Source: Amphiscolops sp. MND2022 (lineage: Eukaryota). Taken from it: a stretch of DNA of 64,000 bases. Shown here one piece after another: positions 36,501 to 49,515 of this stretch. A program made the translations under genes and the position numbers. Where the stretch lies: assembly GCA_964187785.1 (NCBI GenBank), contig OZ076409.1:44828001-44892000 (forward strand), in the 5' to 3' direction. The notes below the pieces were generated by a model, which worked only from the letters and a program-made list of their open reading frames with translations, was not told the origin of the DNA and ran no database searches. Position 1 is the stretch's first letter; the number at the start of each line of letters is the position of its first letter.

Positions 36501-39500
36501 TCAAGACAAGAAAAGCCAATTTTCAGACGTAGTTGAAGATCAATGCTGTTTTCTTTTCAGATGCATCTGGCGGTAAAAATCAATGTGTAATTCAGAATGC
36601 TTTTCCTGTTCCTTCAAATTTTCAACCCTGGTCAATTCTCCGCAAAATTTACAAATATTTACCTCTTCCATATCGTTTATTTTGGTGTATCCTCTCTCCC
36701 AGAGTTTCTATCTGTTTAGGTGGCAAGATGAAACCGAAAATCCTCTCGCAAGTGACTGCTGGCGTCTCCGATCTCTATGATATTGCATTGTCCAGAGCAA
36801 ATCAAAACAAGAACGTTTCTGCTGCTTTGAAAGACGAATACGTTAGTTTCTGGTCTTGTCTCTTCCGGATAAATCAATATCGATGTTCAATCAACTTGGA
36901 AACTCTAAATTGTTGGGATAAAGTTGATGGTTTTCTGATGTCTCTCCCGTAGAATTGAAATGCCCTCGTTCGTAATCTTGAAAAAGTATTTTAGTTTAAG
37001 GATGTTTTTAGAACTGGATTGGTGACCTACAAGCTAAAGCTGATCACTACAAAGCACTGGCCCATTACTACGCCGGCAAGGAATTGCGAAGGCTGAGGGA
37101 CACGGCTGGTGCTGAGATGAAATACGGAGAGGAAATTTCCAGATACCAGGTTAGTCTATATCATCGTTGTCCATGTCTGAAAAGTTTTGTTCGATACCTT
37201 TTGGATTGATTCTCAAAAGCTGCAAGTCCTTAGACGTAATCATGTAGCATGTCAAAATATTATTTGCTTAAAGTTGAATTCTTCAATGAGTTTCGGAAGA
37301 TTATTTGAATATCTTGAAAAGGTATTCTCGTAATTCTCATTTTAATGCAATCGCTTATATCACTTTCCGCTCTTATATTTCATAAAGGGTATTAGCTGAA
37401 AATTAATCCCAGCTGCATTTTCACCTTTTCACCTATTTTTTGTCATACTTTTTCATACTTAAAAGATAGAGCTCCTTCCATAGAATTAAATGATAAAAGT
37501 TTTTAGTTTTATAGCATACATTTAAGAAAAGTCCCCAAAATGGTTACCTAAAATTTCGAACTGTGCAAGGATTGACAATTTTTTGTACGCATGTTGCTAA
37601 AAAGGGAAGCCGTAAAATATCCTAGTGTTAACGGACGTCTTGTTAAGTTCCAGTTTAGGTTAGGAAAAGGATTTTTCACATGCGACTGGAGTTGGATAAA
37701 GATGTCATGATGAATGTTTCGAATTAGTGGTTTTGAAACTTTCCGTGACTTAAAATAACCTTGGCGTGATTTTCACAGGCGGCAGAGTCGTGCTTGAAGA
37801 GTAAAACTACTCTAGAACTTCTGCCAAACACTTTCAAAGCAGATTTGAAGTCAGAGCTAAATGTGGCAACGAAGGATAACAATCTTATCTACCACGAATC
37901 AGTGCCCGATCCTAAAACATTGCCTTTCCCTGACAAGAACATTTTGGCTAAACCTCTGACGTTCGAGCCCAACAAGCAGTTGTCGAAGGATGCCCAAGAT
38001 CTGTTCAGCTGTATCACTCCTGTGGCTATTGCAAGCGCTATGGATCACTTCAACCAGAAGAAAATGGAATACATTAGACAGCAAAACGAAGCTGTACGAG
38101 AAGCTAACGATACTTTGAATGGGTCAGTTAAAGTGTCATGCGATTTGAATCGTGGATCAATCTGATTTTCATCTAAGATTTCTTCGAATTTCATTCAGCT
38201 AGCTTCGAAAGGAAACCATGTGTTTTGCGAAGAATTGATATATTTCAAACTTTCAGTTTTTTAGTCGGCGCTTTTCTTGAGAAAACAGTCGACTATTGTC
38301 ATGGCTTTTCGCCAGTTTTTTGATACACCTGAACTATCCAAAATAGTTCTACCCTTCAATTTTGGCAATGTTTTTAAGGCAATCTACATACTACCTTGGA
38401 ACAGTAAAGGAGCCCCCTTCGACAATAACACAACCCATACCGGATTAACGCACAGCGGAAATAACGAATTCCGGATACAGTCAACTCCGGTTAATTCGTA
38501 TCCGGATAATTCGGATCTTCGTTTAATTCGTATTCATCTGAAACCCCTAATTCCGACGACCACATTAATGTAATTCGGTCGATTCGTATTTCTCAAAATT
38601 AGTATTATTTTATTCAGTCCCTAGCGATACGAATTAGACGGATTTAACTGTATAACGTTTCTTGGAGAATTTTTCAATGTTACAAAAGGGCCCCCCTTTC
38701 GGTTTTTAGGATCTTAAGAGTTGATACAAAATCATTTGAAGCCAAAGCCTCACCGAACAGCTGTTTTGTTCTCAATACTTCATCATATTTTGTTTGAGCA
38801 TTTTCAGGTGCGTTTTCTGAAACTTTCATTTTGTCGGAGGGTACCCTCCCGCTTTCATAGCTGATTTCGGCTTGAGAAGAGGTAGTTTTTCGAGCTGAAA
38901 GTTCTTTTCGGCACTGTGAGACTTTTTCGAAAAAATATATTTTTTGAAAAATGGATTTTTTGTTTCCAGATGGGGAAATGTGGTTTCCTAGTCATGCGTA
39001 TCCTTTGGGGTATTTTTCGGCACTGAGAAAGTGATAAAAGTTTAAAAACAGTGTCTTGCATATTCAAGAAACTTGCGCGGGCGCCGACTTGGGTCGGTAA
39101 CCGGCTTGTTAAAAACAAAATCGACTTGCTTAACCTTCATTATAAGGATAAGGAAAGTTCTGATATATTGAGTGGTAACTCTTCATAGTGGCTTCAAAGT
39201 TTCCTGCATTATTTTTTTGGACGATTTATCGCTCATCTTCAAATCTAATGGATATGTTCTTTCTGAACACTAAAACAGCCCTTTTTTGAAATTTTTTCTA
39301 TGCTCGTTTGATTTTATGATGCTATGTCGGATGAATTGACTTGCTTCAGGATTCTGGCGTCCCTCAATCTTCCCGCAGCTATTGAAGAAACGAGAAGTGG
39401 CGAATTACCCGCTTCCTTATGGGAGAAAGCCGAAAAGTTGCAGAACCAAGGTGGAATTGATTACATTGACAGATTTATCTCTGAATTACCAGTCATTCTG

Positions 39501-42500
39501 GAGCGGAATAAAGACATTCTGAATGAGGTACGAATTGGCGTAGTTTTAATATTTCTAATTAAACTGGGACATTAACTCTAAATGGACCATGGTACGATTT
39601 CGTACCAGTTAGTTTCTGCAAACTTCTAAACGCACCAGCTGACCGTATGGTAATGAAAACTCTGAATAAGAATTTAGACGATGTTACAGAGCATTGCACG
39701 CCTTTTCACGGAATAATGACATGATGTCTCCGAAATCAAAACGGGACCAAAAAACCAAAAAAAAAATAATTTTCTGTTTTTATAGTTTTTCGTTTGTGGC
39801 CACTCTATCCCACTGGTATCAATATTGGGTCAAAGTGGACCTAGCATGTTTTCAAGCTTGCTGAAATGCAGTCAGAGACACGAGGCGTGCAAAGTTTTGC
39901 CAGTAGTCCATATTCTCGAGCTCAGTTTTTTAAACAATTCATTGGTACTGAGAAAAATGAGTTTTTCTTGCAAAAAATGGTTATACTTCTCCAAAATTCG
40001 TTTTTGGCAGAATCCAGTTTTCTCAAAAGTTCTTAGCCCATAGAGAAAGCAACCCATACCCTTCCACAAGTCCTTGTGCAACAAACCCCAATAATATCCT
40101 GTTGTTTCTACAAGCCCCCGCGTAGGTTCATCTGACCAAAATGAAAACCCAATACCAAAGCTTCCAAACGCGCTATTTTTCATTTCTCTGGTATGCGTCG
40201 TTGTGATGGAGATGTTAACCATTGAAAATTTTCAATCAGATTTTTTTGAAAATTTTTAAAAACGCCCAGGTCAATTAGGGTTAAGCACCGTTTTTTCAGA
40301 TGGCTGAATATTTTCTACTGTCTGTTATTTTCTCATCTAACTCTCGTAGCAACTAATAACTGATTAATCGCTTAAAGTTTTTAACAGTGAAAGCATGGAA
40401 AATTTTTGAAATTAAAATTAGAGTTTATCACTAAACATTCATGTACTCTTTTCACTGATACGTCCTCCTTGTAATAAGGCACAAAATTTCTCCCAACACC
40501 AAATTCCGGTTCCGGCACGCGCGGTCCTTTTAATTTTCAATTTTAAAAAATATAATTATTTATGTAGAACTAATATATATATTTTTGAGTTTTCTGAATT
40601 TTTTGCAGTTTCCGATATGGTCCTTGCAGAAATATTCCTGAGCCCTAAAAATGCCATTTTTTATTTGAAATATTCCACAAAAGATTCGATCGTCGAATTT
40701 CAGGCCATGAGGATTTTGAAAGATGAGAAGGAACAGGATGATAAGTTGCGACAACAGTACAAGGACAAGTGGTCGAGAACCCCTAGCGAAAGCCTCACTC
40801 AGCAACTGCGAGAAGATCAATCAAAGTACCAGACTCTGTTGCAGAGAGCAACCGAAGCAGATGCCAAGGTCAAGAGTCAGTTCGAGGCAAATGTTGATTC
40901 CATGAGAGTGCTCTCTCTTCCCAAGGTAGCTGAGTTCTTAGTTCTCTGATTTCCTTTTTTTCTACGCTGCTTTTCATCTTTGAAAACCAACCGTGTTTAA
41001 TAAAGCTTGGATCAAGAGCGGCTAATGATTTTTTGAAGATGTAAAATTGTTTCCTGTCTCAAGTTAACTTGACGTTTCTAGATTGCTTGTAGTGCACTGG
41101 TTTCATCGTGGTTTCATTTCAGGGTGAAATTGAGAACAGACTCCCGTCTTCTCAATCAGGAGATGTGACGCGTAGCTCCGAAGCACAAGAGTTGAAACAA
41201 CTCATGAAGCAAGTGGATGCAATCAAAGTTGAACGCTCCAAGATTGAAGATAAATTGCACGGTTCTTGTGACGTTGACAAAATAAGTTCGTTCGAAAATC
41301 TATCATGTTACTTTTGAAAATTCTTAAACCAGGGTTTATACTCTTATATTTCAGGGAACAAGTTTTTGGCTGAAATGACACCAGAAGGGACTTTGAATGG
41401 GGAAGTTTTCACTGATGCCTTCCTGCAAGAAGAGTATGGAGATGCAGAAAAGGACTTCCAAGAAACTTTGGAGAAACAAGAAGCATTGTTGGAAAAAATC
41501 CAGTCTGCCAATAATCGATTTGTTCAGATAAGCTCTGGAAACAACGAAGTGCGGGACAGCTTCTTGCGACAGTTGGCATCTGCTTATGACGCATTTGAGA
41601 CGCTGGTGAACCACTTGAAAGAAGGTCAAAAGGTCGGTGTATTAATTTAGTACCAATGATACCAATGTATTTTTGATTGTTGAACATTCCGAAGATCAGG
41701 ATGGACGTCGTTTTTTTGCTAATCGCTGGACTGCTCTCAATGTTGCTAAGCTATTGAATGTTCGATTTCAAGTATGTTTCAAGATGAAATGCTAATTTAG
41801 TTTTTGCTACAAAACTCAGCATTACTTTGTGTTGTATCTTATCAGTGGAAAAGTTGGAATTTTACTGTATATTCTACGAAATGTATCTTGTAAATGTGTA
41901 TTCACCTATGAAATTTTGGAAAATGTTGAATTGCAGTGTCGAACAGGCCGAAGATTTTGATTTTTATGTCGATGTGTTTCAGTTCTATGCTGATCTCACT
42001 GAGATTCTTCTCACTCATCAGAGCAAAGTGAAAGACTTTGTCTTCGCCAGAAACACAGAAAAGGAAGATCTGCTCAAGTAAGTTGCCCTTTATGTACCTT
42101 GTAAACATTAAATTCAGATACCTAATTTTTTTCATTTGAAGTTCAGGATCCTTTGAAACTTGGAACCTCAAATATTACAACTTCTGTCTTTATGTATTAA
42201 AATATAAAAGCTTGTTTGGATGAGATTTAACGGTATTTCTCTAAATCGTCAGCTATTTTTTGCTCTGCAGAGAGATAACAGCGAATGTGAGCCAGCCAAC
42301 TGGACAGCCAGCTGCGCCTTCTTATCATGCAAATATTCCTGCATCCAATTCCACCGGTGCCGCCCCTGCAGCAGCCGTCGCTCCCCCCTCGTCAACCAGC
42401 AGCACTGCTTCAGCAGCTGGCTCCCAGATGAACTCCTTCAACGTGCAACAGCCCCCGTATGGAAACCCTGCCCAACCACAGCAACCAGTGCCCTCCTACA

Positions 42501-45500
42501 ACCCCTACATGCCCATGGCTCCACAAAGTTAGTTTAATGCCAATCCAATCAGTCACTTTTGCTCGAATCCATTTTACATTGCTTGTTCAGTAACTAACTC
42601 AAAATTTTAGTGCCTTAGCTTAACTAGCTCATGATGTTTATGAAACTGTTCTGTCTTCACAATTGGAATCAGATAACATTCGTGAGATATTCAGGAGGAT
42701 AATTTGATACTAAATTCTTGCCCTCCGATAGTTTTGAATGATACTGTTTACAAGTTTTGTAAATTAAATTTTCTGTCTTCCATAAGAGGCGAAAACTGAA
42801 GTAAAAAATTCTGCATAACTTGCATAAAGAATACAAATTGAAAAATTTTGGCATTTTTGTCATTTTTTGGGGCTTTTTTGACTATTCAAATTTGTCACGT
42901 TTTTCAATAGTATCCAAATATATCCTCAAATACATGAACCTAATTTATTGATAGTTGGATTTTGTTGAAGAAAGTCATCTTTTCAGTATAAAGTTGCAAC
43001 ACGACAAAGTTTGGGAAAAATTGCTGCTGATTGTTTTATTTCCATATGAAATGGCGAATTCGACACTTTGAAACCATGGAAACACCTTTCCGGGCATGAG
43101 CACCTTCAAACTTGCCTCTTATTTTACTCTATGCAAGAAGGTCTCGTAATTTTGATTTACTGTTGAAGCGGCGACTGTTTACTTGAGCTTGTACTGTTAG
43201 CTTTGATTTGTCTTTAATACCAATAGCAGAGACTGCGAATGAACCCGAAACAAGCGAATAAACTTCGCTTGTGCAATTTTCGGTAAGGATAGACACCAAA
43301 CTAGTTGTTACTTCAAAATAGTGCAGTAGTTGCCCCGCCCATTCATTGAATGATGTAATGAGGTCGAAATTATCCAACTGCGTTATGAATTCCGAATGAG
43401 AGCTTATTTTTCTCTTATTTCGTTTCAGAAAATGTCAGAGACAATTGTAAGTGTCGGTTGATTTCTTTTCATGCTGATGCTTTTTATTTGAAAGTCGGTG
43501 TCAAAATGTTTCTATGTAAAATAAAAACTTGACTCAGCTTCATTTTGTAGTACGCAGGTGGCTGCAATTTTGACAGTAAGTGGCTGCAATGCTAAGTGTT
43601 GAGTATTCACCTACAGACCAAAAAAAACTGAATCACGTGAATAGTCGCCGCTTCCGTTAAAACTAGCTAACATCGGCAATTTGAAAAATTCAGAGAAAAC
43701 GTTGCCGGTCATTTTGTTTCATGTTGATCGTTTTTAGTCTGCGTAGTTTCCTTTAAAGGAAAAATGCCCGACTCTTACAGTGACATTTTTAGTCGGCGCT
43801 TTTGAAGAAAGGTGCCCGACTCTTACAGTTTTTTAGACGGTAGTTTTTTAGGGTCGTTTTTTAGACGCGTAAGGTCAATTTTCTTGTTCATTTCAGAACC
43901 TCGTCGAAAAGAAACAAAACGAAAAGAAACAAAATCGACGTCCAAAACCTCGAAAACACACTAAGGATCTTGGATTTGGCTATCTTGGTGCTTTTCAGTG
44001 AGATTTTTCGGCACTGAGACTTTTTTAAAAATTTTTGGATTGCACCAAAGGGTCCCCCTTCATTTGTTTCGATATTTTGCAACAGAATGGATGTTTTCGG
44101 CACTGTGACACTGTTCAAAAATCTCTTTTTTGATTTTCGGAAATTTCAAGTTTCCAAAGGGTCTCCCTTCAATTTTGAAAACTTCGCCGAAAACGTCCCC
44201 CTTCGAGTTTTTTGATATTTTGCAACAGAAGGTATGTTAATAGATCCCAAAGGGTCTCCCTTTTACATATTTCGGCACTATGCAACATTTTTCGAAAGAA
44301 AAAGTTTTTTAAATGTTTTTTTTTTGTTCCCAGTTGGGGGAAAAGTTGTTTCCGAGTTTTATCGAGCATGGAAGGCACCTTTTGGGTGTCTCTAAACTTT
44401 TCTGAGCTTTTCATGAATACTTTGCGCTTTTTGAGCTTTAGATATAGCGCCGACTTTAGACGTTCCCGTCTTGTTACCGTTTAGTGTACCTCCCGTGCTT
44501 TTTAAGATATCTTGTGCAGATTAGAAGTGTCAGGTTAATATGAAAGACACGTATTGTGTCTTTCGTATTGTTTGTAAAAGCTGGAAAGAGTTTTTACCAT
44601 GTTTATTCCTGTTGATGAAATTTCTAGCTCGAATTTCTGAAGCAGATTTTCGACAATTCGAAAACTCGCCATATTTTGAAAGGTTTCATGAACAGTTTGA
44701 ACTAACCACAGTTGACAACATGCAACAAATGAAAATCCATAAATTTTTCAAAAATTAATGCCAAAATTCATATAGCAACTTTGAAACGTGATCGATACGC
44801 GGCTTCATTAGCCTCGCATTGCAATTGATGTCTTATCAGGAATTTTATCGAGCCATAAATATCAGAAACAAAGTAGAAGATAGAGCGAGGGTGATACGGA
44901 AATGCCCTCGTGTAAACTGCAGTTGTGTGAAACGACCTACTAAAACCTTCCATTCCTACTGAAACCGGTATCCATCCAAGTTGTAGGTTGTGTTTTGTTC
45001 CTTTCTAATTGAGCAGATGCAGAAATGCCAAACTAGGAGAAATAAAGCTCACGTAACCGGTTTCATGATCTGGATATAATGGATTTTGGCGTTGACTCGA
45101 TTAGACCGTCAAAATTTTCTAAAAATTTTGCGGGTGCGAAGAGAAAAGTTGGAGCATAGTTCGACTTCTGTCCGAGCCTTTTCGCAATACAGAAACAATA
45201 TCCAAGTCTTGTTATTGTTTGTTTCTGTATATTGCCTGTTGTAAACTCTCTACCAAGCTGGCAGTCTGAATGCTCAACTATTTTAATGACTCGAATTGAA
45301 ATTCATTTCTTATTCCCTGTTCATACACATTCCCCTTGAATCTGGAACAAGGCTCAAAAGGATCAGAGTCTCTTAAATATGCTCAAGTGTGCTTTTTAAA
45401 TTTCTGAAAAATCTCAGTGCCGAAAAAATATCCGAAAGGGGCTTCGTGGAAAAATGAACTTTTTGGTCCGTTCGTGTGGATTGGGAAAACAACTGCAAAA

Positions 45501-46059
45501 ATGTACTGAAATATAAAAGGTCCTTTCACATATAAACTGTAAAACTATCTGTATCATGCATATTGGCTGCAAAAGTGATTAATTCACTGTTTATACTTTT
45601 TTATAAAGAAACAAGGAAATCTTAAAGATAACGTGTATCTCCACAAGTGCTTTCATGTTCCGATTGTTACATAGTGTAACTGAGCTCATTTATTTGTGAA
45701 ATATGTTACTCAGCGAAAAAAGCGAGACACTTTTTTGAAAACATTTGACTGCTCATTTTCACTCTATTGCATAATAAATAACTGTGATTATTGATAATTT
45801 TGGTAAAATAATGATTGTTTCAGTGTACAATAACCCCTACGGTGCATATGGGGCCCCTCAAGGCATGGCTCCCCCTAACCCCTACTACCCACAATACCCT
45901 GGATACGCACCTTACGGACAACAACCAGTCCCTGGATACCCTGGACAGCAACCCGGTGCCACCGCCCCTCCCCCCATGTACGGCCAGCCTAACCCATACA
46001 TGTATGGCCAACCCGCTCCAAATGCAGGCACATGGCCCGGACAGCCTGCTCAACAGTAA
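33570..46059 (+). CDS. PDCD6IP: ALIX / programmed cell death 6-interacting protein (Bro1, V and Pro/Tyr/Gln-rich domains), 15 coding exons
   Basis: Exons: 33570-33769, 33849-33906, 35778-35841, 35911-36038, 36252-36405, 36720-36841, 37012-37149, 37779-38122, 39350-39527, 40704-40925, 41123-41285, 41355-41632, 41983-42077, 42271-42527, 45824-46059. Motifs SVPLK, RYYDQ, FTWRDAF, EKVSVLFN, AQAQE, YGEEI, KDNNLIYH, LASLNLPAAIE, KWSRTPS and LKEGQKFYADLT, plus a PY-rich tail. No phosphatase domain, so not PTPN23. Confidence 0.94.
34855..35292. mobile_element. Foldback-type MITE in ALIX intron 2
   Basis: The left arm has iterated (C/A)AACTCGTCGAA units and the right arm has the reverse complement TTCGACGAGTT units, around an AT-rich centre. 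Confidence 0.7.
38258..39111 (-). mobile_element. Helentron/DINE-like copy with nested insertions
   Basis: Termini tttttAGTCGGCGCTtttc and GCGCCGACTtgggtcggtaaccggCTTGTT. Confidence 0.65.
38478..38650. mobile_element. pogo/Tc1-type MITE (173 bp) with TA target-site duplication
   Basis: TA|CAGTCAACTCCGGTTAATTCGTATC ... GATACGAATTAGACGGATTTAACTG|TA. Confidence 0.8.
39576..40280. mobile_element. piggyBac-like non-autonomous element with TTAA target-site duplication
   Basis: TTAA|CTCTAAATGGACC ... GGTCAATTAGGG|TTAA, with degenerate TIRs. Confidence 0.6.
43785..44475 (-). mobile_element. Helentron/DINE-like copy with the clearest termini
   Basis: Minus strand reads AACAAGacgggaacgtctaaAGTCGGCGCT ... 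gAGTCGGgcacctttcttcaaaAGCGCCGACT-AAAAA: sub-terminal inverted repeats, a terminal hairpin and a T-rich target. Confidence 0.7.
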
Positions 46060-46442
46060 AACTTCTGAATTCATTCTACCATTTTCGAGTTTAAATTGCT
46101 CCAAATGACATTTAGAAATTAAATTATGCTTTTTATTATTATCATTATGGGACGGAAAATTCATCAATCGAATTTAGAAAAGTTTATGAAGTTTGAATTT
46201 TGTTGTAATAATATTTTCTCAATACAGAAAAATTTGAAATTCAACATTTTCCCTGCATATGTTTTCACTCACCCATCGGTGATAATAGGCGAAGTACAAC
46301 TTAGTACGTATGTACTAACGTGATACGTACAGTATATAGCTCTCCTGACTTTTGATGTCATACATACAGTAAATTCAAAACAGCATGAAGTTTTCAATCA
46401 TCGCTGAGTCTGATTACACTTGCGATAAGCAAGTGTTATGGG

Positions 46443-46676
46443 TGTTATATTCTGGTAATCTAAGTTTAAGAGAAAAGAATATTGTAAAATAAAGATCTCT
46501 AGTTCAAATCTATATCTCAGCTTTTCAATTCGTATCAATGTATCTAATGTAATTTAACGTTAGATTGAGTTCGTTTGTAAACAACTCCAGCTGGTATGTA
46601 GACACTAGACAGTTTTCATGTAAGTGAACCGAATCTCGGTAGAGGTCGTAGGAACCGGATTGAACCGTATATAACA
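46443..46676 (-). repeat. 3' LTR of the Gypsy element
   Basis: Identical to 52094-52327 and preceded on the minus strand by the polypurine tract at 46677-46690. Confidence 0.97.
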
Positions 46677-46857
46677 TTTCCCCCTCTATTCTTTTCTCGT
46701 GTAGTTTTTCTACATCTGATCTGAGGGGCCTGGTTTTGATTCTTCCTCGGGTAGGAAGTCTGCTGGTTTCTGGATCGTCTCCGGTTTTGGCGTATCTTTG
46801 TGTCGATTCCACATTGTACCTGTAATATATACATTGTGTTTTAGACCTTTAATTTTT

Positions 46858-49515
46858 TCATCCCCAGAAGTTTCCCGTATAGGGTATGCTACCGTATCTA
46901 TTCGGTTTTTTACTATTTCGGTTAGAGCGTCTTATTTGTGATTCTGAATTCTCACCCGGTATTTCGCTGTCGGTGTGTAGTTGTAGCGTGTCTTCCTCCG
47001 GGTAAGTCCGTATTGACACGTATCTCCCGTCTTTTTCGGATGTGTCATATGTTATCGGTGTTCCGATTTCTTCCGGCGTTTCTTCATCGTCTTCATCGTC
47101 ATCGTCAGTTTCGCTTTCTGCCCGCTTTTTATTTTGGACGATTTTCAATTTACCGTTCAGGATGTCCCGAAGGATTTCATCCCAACGGCCATATTTCCCG
47201 TCCAGTCCGCGTAGGCAGTGTCGGTTTTTGGGGTTGATTTCGCCGGTTGTGTTTGTCACCGGTTCTTTTCTGTTTTTCCTCTCGGTCTGAAACAGTGGTT
47301 CCGAAATAAATTTTCGGTTAATTATTTTCCCGGAGTCTGTTTTTATAGTACTTTCGGTTCCGCTTATAGCGGTTTGTATTTTCTTTTGAAATTTTCCTTC
47401 TAATGATTTTTTGTTGATTCTTTTCAACAAAGTAAAAGGGGTATCTAACCGAATTTTTTGGTTCGCGCCATAACTATGTGGTTTGTGATGTCCCCGTCCG
47501 CATCACGGCCAACATATATGGGAATCTTTGGTTTGTTCGGTGCTGAAACAGTCAGTTCTGACCAATTAGATAGGTATGATTTTCCGTCTTTAACGATATT
47601 CGTTAATTCGGTTCTCGGTTTCCTACCGTGGTGTAGTTCAAATGGCGTTAACTTTAATCCGGTGTGTATTGTAAATCGCATTACATGTAATGCTCTGTTT
47701 ACACTTTCGGTTAGGCTTATGCCGTCTTCCAAATTTGCTATTATTAAGTTTTTCAATGTTTGTATTGCTCTTTCTACTACTCCGTTTCCCGTATGTACTC
47801 GGGGGTACAGTATTCAATTTCAATATTTCGGTTCTTGCAAAATTCTCGGTATTCTTTTGAAACGAACGCTCCTCCTTTATCGGATTTGATCTTTTCCGGT
47901 ATTCCGTATAAGTTAAAATTACTCGATAGAAAATTTGTGACTTCTTTGGTCTCCGCCGTTTTACATATTTTTACGGTCGGCCATTTACTGAATCTATCTA
48001 CCGCTATTAGTATTTGTACTTCTCCGTTTATGTTTTTGTTATGTAATTTTCCGGTGAAATCGATTTGTAATTCTTGGCCGGGTTCAGTTAGTTTTTCTAA
48101 TTTTCCGTAATGCTTTTTCGGTAATTGATATTTAAGGTTTTTACCTGATGCAAAGCAGGCTGTACAGTCCTTTACTTTGTTCTCTATATCCTGTTTCATT
48201 CCGGGCCACCAGAATATGCGTGCTTCTGACATCATTTTTGTTATACCGGAGTGGCCGAAATGAAGGATGTCCAGGAGTCTTCGTCTCAAGTCGATGGGTA
48301 TCACAATTCGGTCATCGACGAAGATCAATCCCCATCTGATTGATAGTTTGTCAAATGCATTTCGGTAGCCATCCGGAATTGTCTCTCGATCTTCTCTCCG
48401 CATGCTAGTTCTGACGCGGGTTAGTTCCGGGTCAATTGCGGTTTTTGCGATAAGTGTTTTTAAGTCCATCATGAACTCAAATTCTGCTTTTTTAATATGT
48501 TCTTCGGTGATCTTGTTGCTTGTTAATTTTCCCACGATGTGGTTTATCTGTATGTAATGCGCCTGTTTTCCTTCGGTATTGTATCTGCTGAGATCTACTA
48601 TTGGTAGATTGTCGCCCCGCATTATGACGCTGTCTTCTTCCGTCTCGGCATTTTCGATTTCCAGTTCTCCTTCTTCCCGTATTTCTTCCGGTTCTTCTTC
48701 TTCTTCGGCTATTGGTCGGTATCCACCGCCCAATCGATTGGCTCTCCTCATGATTTCTGCGTCTATCTCGGCAATTTCCTCTCGGCTTCTTTTGTTTGGT
48801 CTCGTTGGAGCGAATACCGTTCTTTGGGTGTAGTGATCATACCGACGTCGTAATGTTCCCGGTCGGGATAATCCATTTCGTTGCTCTACTAGTCGGCGTA
48901 TTTCTGGGCTATTGTTCCGTCTGCGAATAATCTCCATAATTTCGCGTGTGGCGCCCCAGTGGTAAAAGTTTTCGCGATCCATTTCGGTAATTTCCGTATT
49001 TGAATTTTGAACTTTTGTAATTCGATTTGAATTTTGACTCTCTTTCTTTGAGTAACTTGGCTCTAGCGCGCTAATTTCGGACTGCCCGGATGTGGTTTTT
49101 AAGTTTCGTTTACTTTTGTTCACGCTGTGTTTGTTCTCGAATGTTCTATTCGTGTGTGATTGGCTACCGCCTTTCTCAATTTGTTCTTCGGCTATATCAT
49201 TCTTTATTTCGGTTTTCGCTTTCTTGCATTCTGATTGGTCAGCGAATATTGGTCCGTATTTTATATTCAATTTTGCTTGTTCGGTATGTTGATGACGTAT
49301 TCTTCGTCGTAGATTTCTTCCGGTGTGGCTCCCCCTACCGAATTTCTACTAAGGTAGTCGGTAAATTTCAGGTTACTACCTGCAATATGCTGTATTGATA
49401 TATCGAAATGGGTTAGACGGTCTAACCATCTTGTTAATCGCGCGCTATATTGTCTGTTGCTCCGGTTTCTCTTGATTAATGGTTCTAGTGCTTGATGATC
49501 GGTATAAAGGTACAC
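46858..49515 (-). pseudogene. Gypsy Pol C-terminal half (end of RNase H, long insert, integrase, tail) split into four frames
   Basis: Frames 49267-49515 (YTDH..DYLSR), 47777-49270 (HFGHSG..CTAC, IDFTG, SDKGGAF), 47445-47756 (TGLKLTPFELHHGR) and 46858-47430 (RRSNRNSKKPNRYG). Confidence 0.9.
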
